From Candidatus Moraniibacteriota bacterium (GTDB lineage Bacteria > Patescibacteriota > Minisyncoccia > Moranbacterales > UBA1568): DNA of 64,000 bases. The notes under the pieces were generated by a model. It searched no databases and was not told the DNA's origin. It was given only the letters and a program-made list of their open reading frames with translations. Of this stretch, positions 50,662 to 61,372 are shown in pieces. A program made the position numbers and the translations under genes. Every line of letters begins with the position of its first letter. Within the stretch, counting starts at the first letter, position 1. The stretch covers positions 137,617-201,616 of the forward strand of contig JAQTRS010000002.1 of NCBI GenBank assembly GCA_028711705.1. The letters run 5' to 3'.

Positions 50662-52545
50662 ATGTTTTCACGGTTCTGCCTTTCTCCCGTCCGACTGTTT
50701 CTCTTCGTCATCGTAGCGCTCTTTTTTGGCTTCGGAAGCTACCATATCACGAAGTTTGAAACGACCGACGAACATTTTTGGAAATACGAGCGCATCCCGC
50801 AGTACTGGGAGGCTATCCGAAATCTGCATCCGAAGCAGACCGCGATAAACGACAAGCCCGGCATCACGACCGCTCTCATTTCAGGTATCGGTATGCTGGT
50901 GGGCGAAAGCCCGCAAAACCACCGTGTCCGCGACGATATCGCCACACAGGGCAATATCTTCACGATATACGATACGACGCTCACGCAGAAAATCAACGCG
51001 ACGCTACGCATCCCCATACTCCTTTTCAATGGATGCTTCCTTTTCTATTTTTTCTGGGTACTCAGAAAAGTCACTCGCGACAGGTGGCTATCGCTCTGGA
51101 GCACCCTCTTCATCGGCCTCTCGCCCATCCTCATCGGCATCTCGCAGATCATCAATCCCGATGCCTTCCTTTGGACGTTCGGTGCATCCGCCCTCCTTTC
51201 CTTCATCGCACTCCTCCGAACGAATGAAAAGAAATTCCTTGCCCTCACCGCAGTCCTCACCGGCTGCGCCCTCCTTTCCAAATACACCGCCAACATCCTC
51301 TTCCCCATCTATCTCTTCCTTATTTTTTCACACTTCATCCTCCGTTTCGCATCCGAAAAAACGCGCAGTCCGGAAAGCATACGGCGCTACTTCCACAAGG
51401 AGTTCGTCTTTTTCACCCTTATCTTTCTTGGGGCATCGATCGTCTTTTCCATCTTCATGCCCGCAGCCCTGGTCAAACCGATACTTCTCTACAAAGCCAC
51501 CATCGGCTTCCCGCTCTTTCACAAGCTCCTGTGGCCTATCGCAACCACCATCACCCTGACGCTTGCAGATATCCATTGCTTTAAAGCCAAAATCCTGCGT
51601 GTCATCGCAAAAAATATAAACGATCGACAGTATCTCATCCTCCGGGCATGCTCCCTTTTCGCATTCATCTTTTTCGGTGCTATCTTTATCAACGGTGCCA
51701 CCGGAAATGCATTCATCCCGTTCGATGTCCTTCTTGAAACTGCCAAAAGCAACGGCAAGCTTGCCTTTCCCACCCTACAGAACGCTCATCCGCTTGTCGC
51801 TTTCACGCAAAAACTCCTGCTGCAGGCCTATCCGTTCACATTCTCACTACCGACAACGCTCTTATTGTTGCTGCTAGGATTATGGCTCAAGATATCCTTC
51901 ACGAGTGTCCGCAAACACAAACTTCTCTTCCTTATCCTCACCATCATCCCCTTCCTCTACTTTTCGGCAGCGCTCTTCGGAGACGTGTTGACGAATGCCC
52001 GCTACACGATACTCCTGTATCCGCTTATGGCAATCTTAGGCGCCCTTGGCATACGAGCCCTCCTGCCAAATGCTTCCGCGAAGCACCCGATCATCATCAC
52101 GATCGCTTTGATTATCTTGAGCACGCTTTCGCTTATCCGGATACAACCGTTCTATTTCAATTACGCGAACTCCTTCCTTCCCCGTCAGTTCACCGTCCAT
52201 GACGGCTGGGGCTACGGATCCTATGAAGCCGCTACCTACCTCAATTCCTTGCCGAACGCAGCATCGCTTATCATCTGGACCGATCGCAACACAGTCTGTC
52301 AATTCTTCGTGGGAAAATGTCTGAGCGGTACCAAGATCAATGTGGAGACGGTTGTTCCGGATTACTTCATCATTACCAAACGGGGCGTTGAACGCGGCTA
52401 CACCTTCGTATGGAAAGGACCCTCCGAACTTGTGCCGCATCCTCGCGACTACTATTATACCCAAGAGTCGCTTTCTCATCCGGCGTGGCAGCTCTTCATC
52501 GATGACCGTCCCGAAAACTTCATCAAGGCGATCCCGGTGCGCTAA
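50662..52545 (+). CDS. GT39/ArnT-like membrane glycosyltransferase
   Basis: TTDEHFW acidic motif after the first TM; multi-TM. Confidence 0.8.
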   Translation: MFSRFCLSPVRLFLFVIVALFFGFGSYHITKFETTDEHFWKYERIPQYWEAIRNLHPKQTAINDKPGITTALISGIGMLVGESPQNHRVRDDIATQGNIFTIYDTTLTQKINATLRIPILLFNGCFLFYFFWVLRKVTRDRWLSLWSTLFIGLSPILIGISQIINPDAFLWTFGASALLSFIALLRTNEKKFLALTAVLTGCALLSKYTANILFPIYLFLIFSHFILRFASEKTRSPESIRRYFHKEFVFFTLIFLGASIVFSIFMPAALVKPILLYKATIGFPLFHKLLWPIATTITLTLADIHCFKAKILRVIAKNINDRQYLILRACSLFAFIFFGAIFINGATGNAFIPFDVLLETAKSNGKLAFPTLQNAHPLVAFTQKLLLQAYPFTFSLPTTLLLLLLGLWLKISFTSVRKHKLLFLILTIIPFLYFSAALFGDVLTNARYTILLYPLMAILGALGIRALLPNASAKHPIIITIALIILSTLSLIRIQPFYFNYANSFLPRQFTVHDGWGYGSYEAATYLNSLPNAASLIIWTDRNTVCQFFVGKCLSGTKINVETVVPDYFIITKRGVERGYTFVWKGPSELVPHPRDYYYTQESLSHPAWQLFIDDRPENFIKAIPVR

Positions 52546-52625
52546 TACCAAAGGATGTATACTCACCGGTATGCAAAACGACCGTCCAACCGGCGGTCGT
52601 TTCATTGTACACCCACATCCTTTCT

Positions 52626-52892
52626 TCACATCGACTCATGCATCATACGGAGCTGCTCGGACGTGAACTCCACCACCGGAACCACGATAGCCTTCTCTCT
52701 CGCCGATGTCGGCAGCATATCGCGAGCCGTCATATCGTTATCAGCCATCACGAACGCCCATCCCCGATGATCGCCGGTCTTGCAGCCCCAACGGAACATC
52801 TTCAGAATATCCATTCCCTGCGCGTCCATCTCATCCAAAGCCTGCATACATTCTTCAGGGGTATGGGAAACCTCGATAAGGTATTGCATCAT
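52626..52892 (-). CDS. Small hypothetical protein (88 aa)
   Basis: Strong SD AAGGAGGT; HTPEEC and WGCKTGDH motifs. Confidence 0.75.
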   Translation of the reverse strand: MMQYLIEVSHTPEECMQALDEMDAQGMDILKMFRWGCKTGDHRGWAFVMADNDMTARDMLPTSAREKAIVVPVVEFTSEQLRMMHESM

Positions 52893-53027
52893 AAGTCTTC
52901 ACCTCCTTCTTAGGTTCATGATTATGGTTGGATAGCATTGAAAGGACGCACTGACGCACCATCGGTTTCTTGTGCGATAAAATACGTATTGATCCGACCA
53001 AACATTTCATACGACCGATTTTCTTAT

Positions 53028-53063
53028 AAAAATTCCCGAGAACCTAGGCTCTCGGGAATTTTT
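53028..53063. terminator. typA terminator
   Basis: aaaaattcccgaga-acctaggc-tctcgggaattttt. Confidence 0.85.
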
Positions 53064-53094
53064 CATATATTCGCACCGCCACCTCAGCGAAAGA

Positions 53095-54882
53095 TTATTT
53101 CTTTCGTCCCGCCTTGACGCGATCATTTTCGGTCAGATACTGCTTGCGGAGACGGACACTTTCCGGTGTAACTTCGAGGTATTCATCCTCGGCCATAATT
53201 TCAAGTCCGCGCTCAATAGAAAGCTTCCAGGCCGGAACCAGCTTAAGCGCTTCATCGGCACCGCTTGAACGCATGTTGGTAAGATTCTTTCCCTTGATCG
53301 GATTGACGGACATATCATTTCCCTTGGAAACGTTGCCGACAACCATACCCTCATACACTTCGATTCCCGGTTCGACATAAAGCACGCCGCGATCTTGAAG
53401 ATTATTGAGCGCGAAAGCCAATACCTTCCCGGAAACCATGGAGGTCATGGAACCGGATTCGGTCTTCTTGATCTCGCCGGCATACGGACGGAAACCGATC
53501 ATGCGGCTCGTCAGAATTCCCTCGCCCTTGGTATCGACGGTGAATTGACCACGATAACCCAGAAGTCCACGAGTCGGGACCTCGAATACCAAGCGAGTGA
53601 GTGATCCATGACCTTGCTTCATCTCGGCCATAATACCCTTGCGCTTTCCCATGCGCTCAATAACGACACCGGTCATTTCGGTCGGTACATCCACGATCGC
53701 CTCCTCGAACGGCTCGGACTTCACGCCATCGATTTCTTTGATGATAACCTGCGGCTGCGAAACCTGGATCTCGTATCCTTCGCGACGCATATTCTCAAGC
53801 AAGATAGCGACATGCATTTCGCCGCGGCCATAGACCTTATAGGATGCGTCGGAAAAATCGATCTTCAAACCGACATTGATTTCCAGTTCTTTCTCCAAAC
53901 GCTCCCGAATCTGCTGATTGGTCACGAACTTTCCCTCGCGTCCCGCGAACGGAGAATCATTGACCAAGAAATTCAAAGAAATAGTCGGCTCATCGATACT
54001 GATAGCCGGAAGCGCCTCCTGATCAGCGGATGCACACATCGTTTCACCGATATAGATTTCCGGGAATCCGGCGACCATCACGATATCTCCTGCAAAAGCT
54101 TCTTCCACTTCTTTGCGCTCGACACCAAGGAAGGTGAAAAGTTTCGTGACGCGGCTGGTATAGGTCTCGCCGGATATTTTCTTGACGGTTACGGTCTGAC
54201 CGAGCTTTATCGATCCCTCATAAATACGTCCGATCGCCAAACGTCCCAAGAAGTTGTCGTACCCGAGATTGAAAGGCTGCATGCGAAGCGGGGCAGTAGC
54301 GTCCGATGGAGCGGCTGGCACCAATTTCAGTACGGTATCCAAAAGCGGTGTCAGGTCTTTTGATTCTTCATCAAGACTCATCTTCGCGATACCTTCGCGA
54401 CCGATGGCATAAACGGTAGTGAAATCGAGCTGCTCGTCATTGGCACCCAAATCCAAGAACAATTCGAAGACCTGCTCATGAACGATGTCCGGCTGAGCGG
54501 CCGGTTTGTCAATCTTATTGAGTACCACGATCGGCTTGAGCCCGAGTTCCAAAGACTTCTTCAGTACGAAACGCGTCTGCGGCATCGGACCTTCCTGGGC
54601 GTCCACAATCAAAAGCACACAGTCGATAGAACGCAGCACGCGCTCCACCTCGGAACCGAAGTCGGCGTGACCCGGGGTGTCCACGATATTGATTTTAGTG
54701 TCCTTGTAAAAAATAGAGGTGTTCTTGGCATAGATGGTGATACCACGTTCCTTTTCAAGCGAATTGCTGTCCATACTCGCACTCTCGTCCGTCACCATGC
54801 CTGTCTGGCGCATGATGGCATCGGTCAAGGTTGTCTTGCCGTGGTCCACGTGCGCGATAATTGCGATATTTCGAATTTCCAT
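53095..54882 (-). CDS. typA: Translational GTPase TypA/BipA
   Basis: [25 protein letters not shown] and [10 protein letters not shown] motifs. Confidence 0.97.
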   Translation of the reverse strand: MEIRNIAIIAHVDHGKTTLTDAIMRQTGMVTDESASMDSNSLEKERGITIYAKNTSIFYKDTKINIVDTPGHADFGSEVERVLRSIDCVLLIVDAQEGPMPQTRFVLKKSLELGLKPIVVLNKIDKPAAQPDIVHEQVFELFLDLGANDEQLDFTTVYAIGREGIAKMSLDEESKDLTPLLDTVLKLVPAAPSDATAPLRMQPFNLGYDNFLGRLAIGRIYEGSIKLGQTVTVKKISGETYTSRVTKLFTFLGVERKEVEEAFAGDIVMVAGFPEIYIGETMCASADQEALPAISIDEPTISLNFLVNDSPFAGREGKFVTNQQIRERLEKELEINVGLKIDFSDASYKVYGRGEMHVAILLENMRREGYEIQVSQPQVIIKEIDGVKSEPFEEAIVDVPTEMTGVVIERMGKRKGIMAEMKQGHGSLTRLVFEVPTRGLLGYRGQFTVDTKGEGILTSRMIGFRPYAGEIKKTESGSMTSMVSGKVLAFALNNLQDRGVLYVEPGIEVYEGMVVGNVSKGNDMSVNPIKGKNLTNMRSSGADEALKLVPAWKLSIERGLEIMAEDEYLEVTPESVRLRKQYLTENDRVKAGRKK

Positions 54883-55041
54883 ACTCGATTCCCTTATAAA
54901 TAATAAAAACGCCACCCGCCGTCAAAAAGCAGGCGAATACACTCGTTACTCCCTATCATAGAACAAAAAGGCTTTCCTGTCAAAACGCCAAAGCGCAACC
55001 GGTAGTCGCGCCTGGCATCGAAACGGAATGTTGCGGAAAGA

Positions 55042-57492
55042 TTAATTTGTCGGCGCGATTTCCCTCCATCTATTGATGGTAGAACAGGATCCACAGGTCT
55101 GCGTCACATTGGTGCAGGAGGCACCGCAATTACTGCCTGGGACAACGGAGGTAGCGCCCGTACAGCTATTGGTCTGGATACATGTCTTCTGTGTTGTCGT
55201 AATAGTCGTACCGCAATTGCTTGCCCCGCAAGTCGCTCCGGCTGCAGAATTACAGCTATAAGAGAAAGTCGGCGTACATGCCGATGGTGTTGACGACACG
55301 TATACTGTTGCGAGCGCTGTTGCAGAATTATCCTCCGCGACGTTCGTACAGTTCAATACATATGTGGTTGTTGCTGTTGGAGACACTGTCTGCGTACCGT
55401 TGAGCGGCTTGGATGAGGCAACGAAAGTCCCTCCCATACCCATGCACCGGGCAGCGCCGGAAGTCGACCAGGTGAGCGTTGATGTCTGACCTGAGATTAT
55501 CGATGTTGGATTGGCGGTAAACGATATGACCGGCGCAGGAGATGGCGGTGGAGCAGGAGCAGGAGCAGGAGCAGGAGCTGGAGCGGGTGCTGGAGCGGGT
55601 GCTGACGAAGACACGGTATAGGTCATTGTCGCCGAACCCACCCGGTAGATGGATCCTCCAGGACTGCCGCACTGACTCGAATTACCGACCCAGGAAGCGC
55701 ACGCCGGTTGGCTTGATGGCGTATAAACCGAATAGTATCCGCGCCATGTCACCGTGTATGTCCCAGGCGTGGTTGGAGCTGCCCATGTTTTCGGGGTGGA
55801 ACTTTGCGCCCAGTATTTGTGATCCGGATTCGGATCGGAAGCAACGTCTTGCCAAGAACCGTTCAAAACAATCATTTCTCCAGTGCCATGATCCACCGTC
55901 CCTCCTCCGCCGAGAGTATTGGAACAGCTTGCGGCAGAAAAAGTCGCGGTCGCTATAACCGTTTCTCCCGGAGCATAGGTCGATTTATTGAGTCCTGCAC
56001 TGAAACTCGTCGTATACGTTCCCTGCCACCCGCCGTAGCTTTTCACCTGTACCGGTATCGACCAAGAATCCCACGAGGCGCTCGCCTGGCCACCGCTCAC
56101 GAATGCGCCTGCACCGATAAGCAATCCGAGCAACACATTCATTGATGACTTTTTTTGCTTCCTGATAAGGTATACTAAAAGGGCTAGGATGAGCAGGAAG
56201 GCTGCGCTGTACACCAATGCACCATTGGGTCTCTTCTGCACCATTGAAGGAGTACCCGTGGATCGTATGGCATAGGTATTTTCTGCCAGTACCTTTCCGG
56301 ACGGATCGATGATCTTGGCTACCAGGCTCGGATTAAGACAGTCAGTCGTGATCGAAAGCATCAAGTGTTCCGTGGCACCTCCGTTTGCTGCGTCCAATTC
56401 CTTCGAAAAAGGGGCGATACAAGATTTGTTCTGATCATTTTTGAGAGAAACAACCAAAGAAGTGTCCGTAGCGAATCCTGTCGGCTGCATACGTGAATCA
56501 GGAAAATTATCCGCCGAACCGGTCCATGCCAATACAAGGGCTGCTTCATCACCCTTAGCGTAGTAGTCCTTATCTAGAGTCAGATTCTGAATGGTGGCGC
56601 TCGATCCTCGGAGCACATAGTGAACGCGCACTCCGGAAGAAACCTGTCCACCCTTATCGTTTACGAACGTAAGCACCACATCATAGGCCTGAGGTTCGAT
56701 CATCTTCGGAAGATACGCATCGAACTTCACTTTTTTCCCGGGAGAAAGCGACAGAGCCGGCAGCTTTTCCGATCCCATATCCTTACCGAATGTCGATCGA
56801 TAGTACACCTGCAGTACGGGCGTTACCGAAACATCTGTCGTAAATTCGCTGATGATGGAGCAGTGCATGCTCAGGGTTTCCTCCTGATTGATATCCACAC
56901 CCTGCGAAAGACTGTATAGAGCATCGTTTTCGCCGACGGTCAAATAGCAGTCAGCATCATTGATAGCCACTTTTTCGCTGGAACCCTTAAGGGAAATGGC
57001 TGGTGTCTGAACCGCTGCAAGCATAAGCCCGTCGGTATTCTTGACCTGCACCTCTACGATATAGGATCCGTTAAGATAGGTCGGCGCCGTATATTCCACC
57101 TCTCTATGCACGGATGCACCCGCAGAAAGATTGAGCATATCATCGCGATACACCTTCTGATCGACGATGGAAAGGTCATCCGATTTCAGGAGATTAACGG
57201 CATACAAAACATTCGGCTGCACGCCAGCCTCATTGGAAATATCGAAGGCGAGCGCAAAAGTATTACCGTCCTGATTCTTTATCTCGATATCGCCCAAACC
57301 AACGGAGGCGATGCGGTCCTTGTCCGTAAGCATCACGGCATCCGCAGCGCTTTGCGACGACATCTCGGTGATCTGCTTCTCAAAAGGCGTCATTTCCGCT
57401 GCCGACACGAAAGGTGCTGCCGCAAAAAAACCAAGAGTTACCACCGCAAACATCAAGAAACGTTTCGGTGTCCGCATTGCGAGCGTCCGCAT
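55042..57492 (-). CDS. Large surface protein (816 aa) with internal TM, second signal-like segment, (PA)n linker and Cys-rich C-terminus
   Basis: ORF track; TTGACA-17-TATACT promoter at 57528-57556. Confidence 0.85.
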   Translation of the reverse strand: MRTLAMRTPKRFLMFAVVTLGFFAAAPFVSAAEMTPFEKQITEMSSQSAADAVMLTDKDRIASVGLGDIEIKNQDGNTFALAFDISNEAGVQPNVLYAVNLLKSDDLSIVDQKVYRDDMLNLSAGASVHREVEYTAPTYLNGSYIVEVQVKNTDGLMLAAVQTPAISLKGSSEKVAINDADCYLTVGENDALYSLSQGVDINQEETLSMHCSIISEFTTDVSVTPVLQVYYRSTFGKDMGSEKLPALSLSPGKKVKFDAYLPKMIEPQAYDVVLTFVNDKGGQVSSGVRVHYVLRGSSATIQNLTLDKDYYAKGDEAALVLAWTGSADNFPDSRMQPTGFATDTSLVVSLKNDQNKSCIAPFSKELDAANGGATEHLMLSITTDCLNPSLVAKIIDPSGKVLAENTYAIRSTGTPSMVQKRPNGALVYSAAFLLILALLVYLIRKQKKSSMNVLLGLLIGAGAFVSGGQASASWDSWSIPVQVKSYGGWQGTYTTSFSAGLNKSTYAPGETVIATATFSAASCSNTLGGGGTVDHGTGEMIVLNGSWQDVASDPNPDHKYWAQSSTPKTWAAPTTPGTYTVTWRGYYSVYTPSSQPACASWVGNSSQCGSPGGSIYRVGSATMTYTVSSSAPAPAPAPAPAPAPAPAPPPSPAPVISFTANPTSIISGQTSTLTWSTSGAARCMGMGGTFVASSKPLNGTQTVSPTATTTYVLNCTNVAEDNSATALATVYVSSTPSACTPTFSYSCNSAAGATCGASNCGTTITTTQKTCIQTNSCTGATSVVPGSNCGASCTNVTQTCGSCSTINRWREIAPTN
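55550..55603. repeat. Hexamer tandem repeat encoding (Pro-Ala)n
   Basis: (ggagca)n and variants. Confidence 0.9.
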
Positions 57493-57592
57493 ATTGTTTT
57501 TATTTTAGAGATTAGTTCTTACTTACCAGTATAATATCGTCGTACGACACTGTCAAAATAACCGAACGAAAATATACTTTTTTCACCGGCGA

Positions 57593-58519
57593 TCACTCCC
57601 CTCGCTGCAGATGTTGCAAAATGCTATTGGCGGCAATAGCCCCTTCGGAAGCGGCCGTCACAATCTGGCGAAAGTGATTGGAGGAGGTGGTCGCATCCCC
57701 GGCTGCCCACAGCCCTTGTATATTCGTAGACTGATCGGGGGACACTTTCACATAGCCCTGCTCATCGAGTCCTACTCCCATATCTTTCAAAAACGCCGTA
57801 TTGGGAGTCAAACCGATTTCCACGAACAGTCCGTCGGCCTTAAGCGTCTTGCTTCCCTGATAAGCTTTATCGAGCACCAGATCATCGATACGCGTTTCGC
57901 CTTTGATCTCCACAATATTAGTTTCAAAAATCACCTCGACATTTTCCTTTTTCTGCACAAGATCCTTCCAGAATTTTTCCGCTCGCATTTCCGCACCGCG
58001 CACGACGATATATACCTTCGAGCAGATATTGGACAAATAGGCGCCCGCCTCGGCAGCGCTGTCTCCCCCACCCGCAATAGCCACCACTTTGTTTTTGAAG
58101 AAAAATCCGTCGCAGGTCGGGCAATACGAAACGCCCTTGCCGGCAAGCTCTTTTTCTCCCGGAATATCAAGGTAGCGGTGATGCGTGCCCGTGGCAGAAA
58201 GAAGCGTCTTGGCGGAAAGCTCTTTCCCGTCCGCCAAGGAAAGCACAAAGCCTCCGTCGGCTTGCGGTGCGATGTTTGTCACGATAGCCGGACGGATTTG
58301 CGCACCATAGCTTTTCACGTGTGCGGCAGCGGCATCGGAAAACTCCTGGCCAGTGATGTTTTCCGTGCCCAACCAATTGCCAATCTCGAATGTTTGCGTC
58401 ATAAGACCGCCCGTCACCTCACCGACCACTAGATGCCTGATGCCGTAGCGTGAGGCATAGATGCTTGCAGAAAGGCCTGCCGGTCCGGCCCCGATAATGA
58501 TCAAATCGAATGTTTCCAT
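57593..58519 (-). CDS. trxB: Thioredoxin-disulfide reductase
   Basis: GAGPAG, GVSYCPTCDG and GGGDSA motifs. Confidence 0.92.
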   Translation of the reverse strand: METFDLIIIGAGPAGLSASIYASRYGIRHLVVGEVTGGLMTQTFEIGNWLGTENITGQEFSDAAAAHVKSYGAQIRPAIVTNIAPQADGGFVLSLADGKELSAKTLLSATGTHHRYLDIPGEKELAGKGVSYCPTCDGFFFKNKVVAIAGGGDSAAEAGAYLSNICSKVYIVVRGAEMRAEKFWKDLVQKKENVEVIFETNIVEIKGETRIDDLVLDKAYQGSKTLKADGLFVEIGLTPNTAFLKDMGVGLDEQGYVKVSPDQSTNIQGLWAAGDATTSSNHFRQIVTAASEGAIAANSILQHLQRGE

Positions 58520-58604
58520 AATGGTGCGCAGTTATATGATAATCTCCCCTCAGTATACCGCTAAAAAGCGCGGTTATCAACCGAGCCGCTCCTCTGATTC
58601 ATTT

Positions 58605-59843
58605 TTATTCTTCTATCGGGACCAGCTTCAGGGAAAACGTGTTCGAATGGCGATAGATGACGGCGAAGACGGCGATATTGAGTACAGCGAAGACGGCGAA
58701 TGACATAATACCGATCGCGGCATAGATGAGCCCGGCCACGATAGGCACCACTGCCTGCACGAGGGCCACGAGCGACTCCTCGACGCCCATAATTTCTCCC
58801 CGCTTCTTACCGGAAACACTCTGCACGATGAGCGCCTTGAATGTCGACATGGAGAGCGCGATGGCGAGATTAAGGAAATAATAAAAACCGATAAAGAAAA
58901 TGATGGAGTGTGCGAGACTTATGGCCGCAAGTGCGATCAGCATCAGCGCCTGCCCGAAGGAGAATGTTTTCGATTCACCCAAACGCGTTACGAACCATTT
59001 CACCGCGATAAGCTGGTTGAAGATCATAAATGATCCGGTAAAAAGCATCAGCTGCGCCGACTCCCATTCATTCAGATGGAAAAACCGGATGGCGTGGAAA
59101 ATAAAAATAGAAATATACGCCACGAAACCAATTGAAAACAGTACGCGCACCAGAAAAAGCGTTTTCACCTGTCCATCCTGCGCGAAATGCACGATTCTTG
59201 AGAACACATTGATCCGCTTCCAGAGTCCCATCGACACATGCACGGATCGCTTCGATGCCGGCAATGATTCCGGCAGCCACACGTACATGAAGATGAGCGT
59301 CATAAGCGAAATAGCCGCCGCCAATATCCCGACGCCTCCAAAGCCGAGCGGTGTCGCCGAGACCAGGCCGCCCATAACCGGCCCGACGAGCATCCCGAAA
59401 CCGAATGTCGCGCCCATCATCCCAAAGGTCTTCGCTCGGTCCTTTGGTGCCACGATATCGGACGCATAGGCGTTCGCCACCGAGATATTGCCGCCCGTAA
59501 TCCCATCCACCGCGCGAGCCAAACCGATACCGATCAAGGGAAGGGTTATTGTCCACACCCGTATATCCGGCAGATACAGGGCACCCACGAACAAAAGCCA
59601 CCCGATAAATGTCCCGGCGTGGCTGATGAGGAGTATCGGCTTGCGCCCATACGTATCGGAAAGGGCGCCCAAAATCGGCGACCCGATGAATTGGAAAATG
59701 GAAAACAGCGAAAGCAATGCCCCATACAAAACAGGTCCGCCTCCATAGCGTTCCACCAAGAACGGCAGTACGGGAATAAGGATCGAAAACCCCAGCGTAT
59801 TCATGAATGACAAGAGTAAAACCGGTATCAATTTTTTCGACAT
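58605..59843 (-). CDS. MFS transporter (TetA/DHA1-like)
   Basis: GALSDTYGRKP motif A, motif C GPVMGG, about 12 TM. Confidence 0.9.
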   Translation of the reverse strand: MSKKLIPVLLLSFMNTLGFSILIPVLPFLVERYGGGPVLYGALLSLFSIFQFIGSPILGALSDTYGRKPILLISHAGTFIGWLLFVGALYLPDIRVWTITLPLIGIGLARAVDGITGGNISVANAYASDIVAPKDRAKTFGMMGATFGFGMLVGPVMGGLVSATPLGFGGVGILAAAISLMTLIFMYVWLPESLPASKRSVHVSMGLWKRINVFSRIVHFAQDGQVKTLFLVRVLFSIGFVAYISIFIFHAIRFFHLNEWESAQLMLFTGSFMIFNQLIAVKWFVTRLGESKTFSFGQALMLIALAAISLAHSIIFFIGFYYFLNLAIALSMSTFKALIVQSVSGKKRGEIMGVEESLVALVQAVVPIVAGLIYAAIGIMSFAVFAVLNIAVFAVIYRHSNTFSLKLVPIEE

Positions 59844-59900
59844 GGTATATTTCAACAATTTTTATATTACCCTCTTGTGCAGATAGTTCTCATAAGTTTT

Positions 59901-61304
59901 TTACAAGCCCTCCACGATAGCGCGGAATTGATCCCCTCGATCGAACTCGTTCTTGAATAATCCGAAGCTCGTCGCTCCCGGAGAAAGCACGATCACATCG
60001 CCCTTCGCCGCCTTTTCGGTAGCGATTCTGATCGCCTCATCCATCGACTCAACGATATCGAAAGCCCTGTCTTTCTGTTCCTCGGGCAATGATTTTTGCA
60101 TGAACCTGATTATCTTGTCCGTCGCCTCTCCCCTGAAGAACACGACGTCTTTCGCATACGTCGCTATCGCCTCACCAAGACCGGCAAATTCCAATCCCTT
60201 ATTATTCCCGCCGGCGATAAGGACTATCGGCTCCTCGAAAGACGAAAGTGCCATGATGGCCGCCTCCGGGACCGTCGCTGCCGTATCATTGTAGTATCCG
60301 ATCCCATTCTTCTCACGGATAAATTCCAAACGATGCGCCACGCCCGAGAAATGCATGATGGCCTTGCGAAGCGTCTTCATTTCCACACCATAGGCGAGCG
60401 CCCCACCTATGGCCGCCAGAACATTGCCGATATTATGCCTGCCCCGCATCCTGATTTCGGAAAGCGTCATCACCTTCTTCGTTTCATGGTCATGGGTATA
60501 AAAAATCTCGCCGTTACTGACAAAAACGCTTTCGGTATCCGTCATGACATGCTCCGAAAATCCCAACGTATGGGAAACGGTGCCGTTTGCCGCCAAAACA
60601 ACAGCTTCATTATCCCGATTGACGATCAGCCAATCTTTCTTGGTCTGGAAGGCGAAGATATTTTTCTTGTCCTTCATATACTCCGCTATGCTCTTATAGT
60701 AATTGAGGTGATCGGAAAATATATTCGTGAAAATAGCGATGTGCGGACTCTTTTGGATGAGCGCGAGCGATGAGAGCCTCCAGCTGGAAAGCTCGAACAC
60801 CACCGCCGACTTCGCCTTGATCTCATCGAGTGCGCCAAGCACCGGCGTCTGTCCGATACCGACGCGCACCACATGATGCCCCGCTGTCCTCAGTATCTCC
60901 GAAAGCAGGGTCGCGGTCGTCGTCTTGCCCTTCGTTCCTGTGACACCGATAATCGGCCTTGGGCACAACTGGAAAAAAATACTCGCATCCATTTCGACCG
61001 GGATATTCTTCTTCCGAGCCAACTTCACGTATTCGTTGGTCCAAGCAATACCCGGGTTGACGATCACCATATCCACACGGGTAAAATCCTCGGGACGATG
61101 CTGCCCAAGCACATAGGTGATGGTTTTGATACCCTTAAGCAGCGCGATGGAGGCGGCGAGCTCGGAGCGTTTTTTGATATCGGTAACGATGATCTCCTTG
61201 GCACCGCACTTCGCCAAAAACTTGACCGTATCCACGCCGCCGCCGTTCAAACCCAAACCGAACACGGTGACACGTTTATTTTTGAAAAATTGTTTCGTAA
61301 TCAT
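59901..61304 (-). CDS. murD: UDP-N-acetylmuramoyl-L-alanine--D-glutamate ligase
   Basis: GVTGTKGKTTT, ELSSW, DHLNY, HRLE and LSPGATSF...RG motifs; start placed at ATG 61304. Confidence 0.95.
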   Translation of the reverse strand: MITKQFFKNKRVTVFGLGLNGGGVDTVKFLAKCGAKEIIVTDIKKRSELAASIALLKGIKTITYVLGQHRPEDFTRVDMVIVNPGIAWTNEYVKLARKKNIPVEMDASIFFQLCPRPIIGVTGTKGKTTTATLLSEILRTAGHHVVRVGIGQTPVLGALDEIKAKSAVVFELSSWRLSSLALIQKSPHIAIFTNIFSDHLNYYKSIAEYMKDKKNIFAFQTKKDWLIVNRDNEAVVLAANGTVSHTLGFSEHVMTDTESVFVSNGEIFYTHDHETKKVMTLSEIRMRGRHNIGNVLAAIGGALAYGVEMKTLRKAIMHFSGVAHRLEFIREKNGIGYYNDTAATVPEAAIMALSSFEEPIVLIAGGNNKGLEFAGLGEAIATYAKDVVFFRGEATDKIIRFMQKSLPEEQKDRAFDIVESMDEAIRIATEKAAKGDVIVLSPGATSFGLFKNEFDRGDQFRAIVEGL

Positions 61305-61372
61305 AACTGACTGAGAAAATAATGCGCTCGTTTCACGTCGGAACATTTCCAATCGGAAAATATACCCTGCAA

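Noticed and set aside
61330-61345. parS-like gtttcacgtcggaaca
   Set aside because: An extra base breaks the 16-bp palindrome; single copy with no parAB in the window
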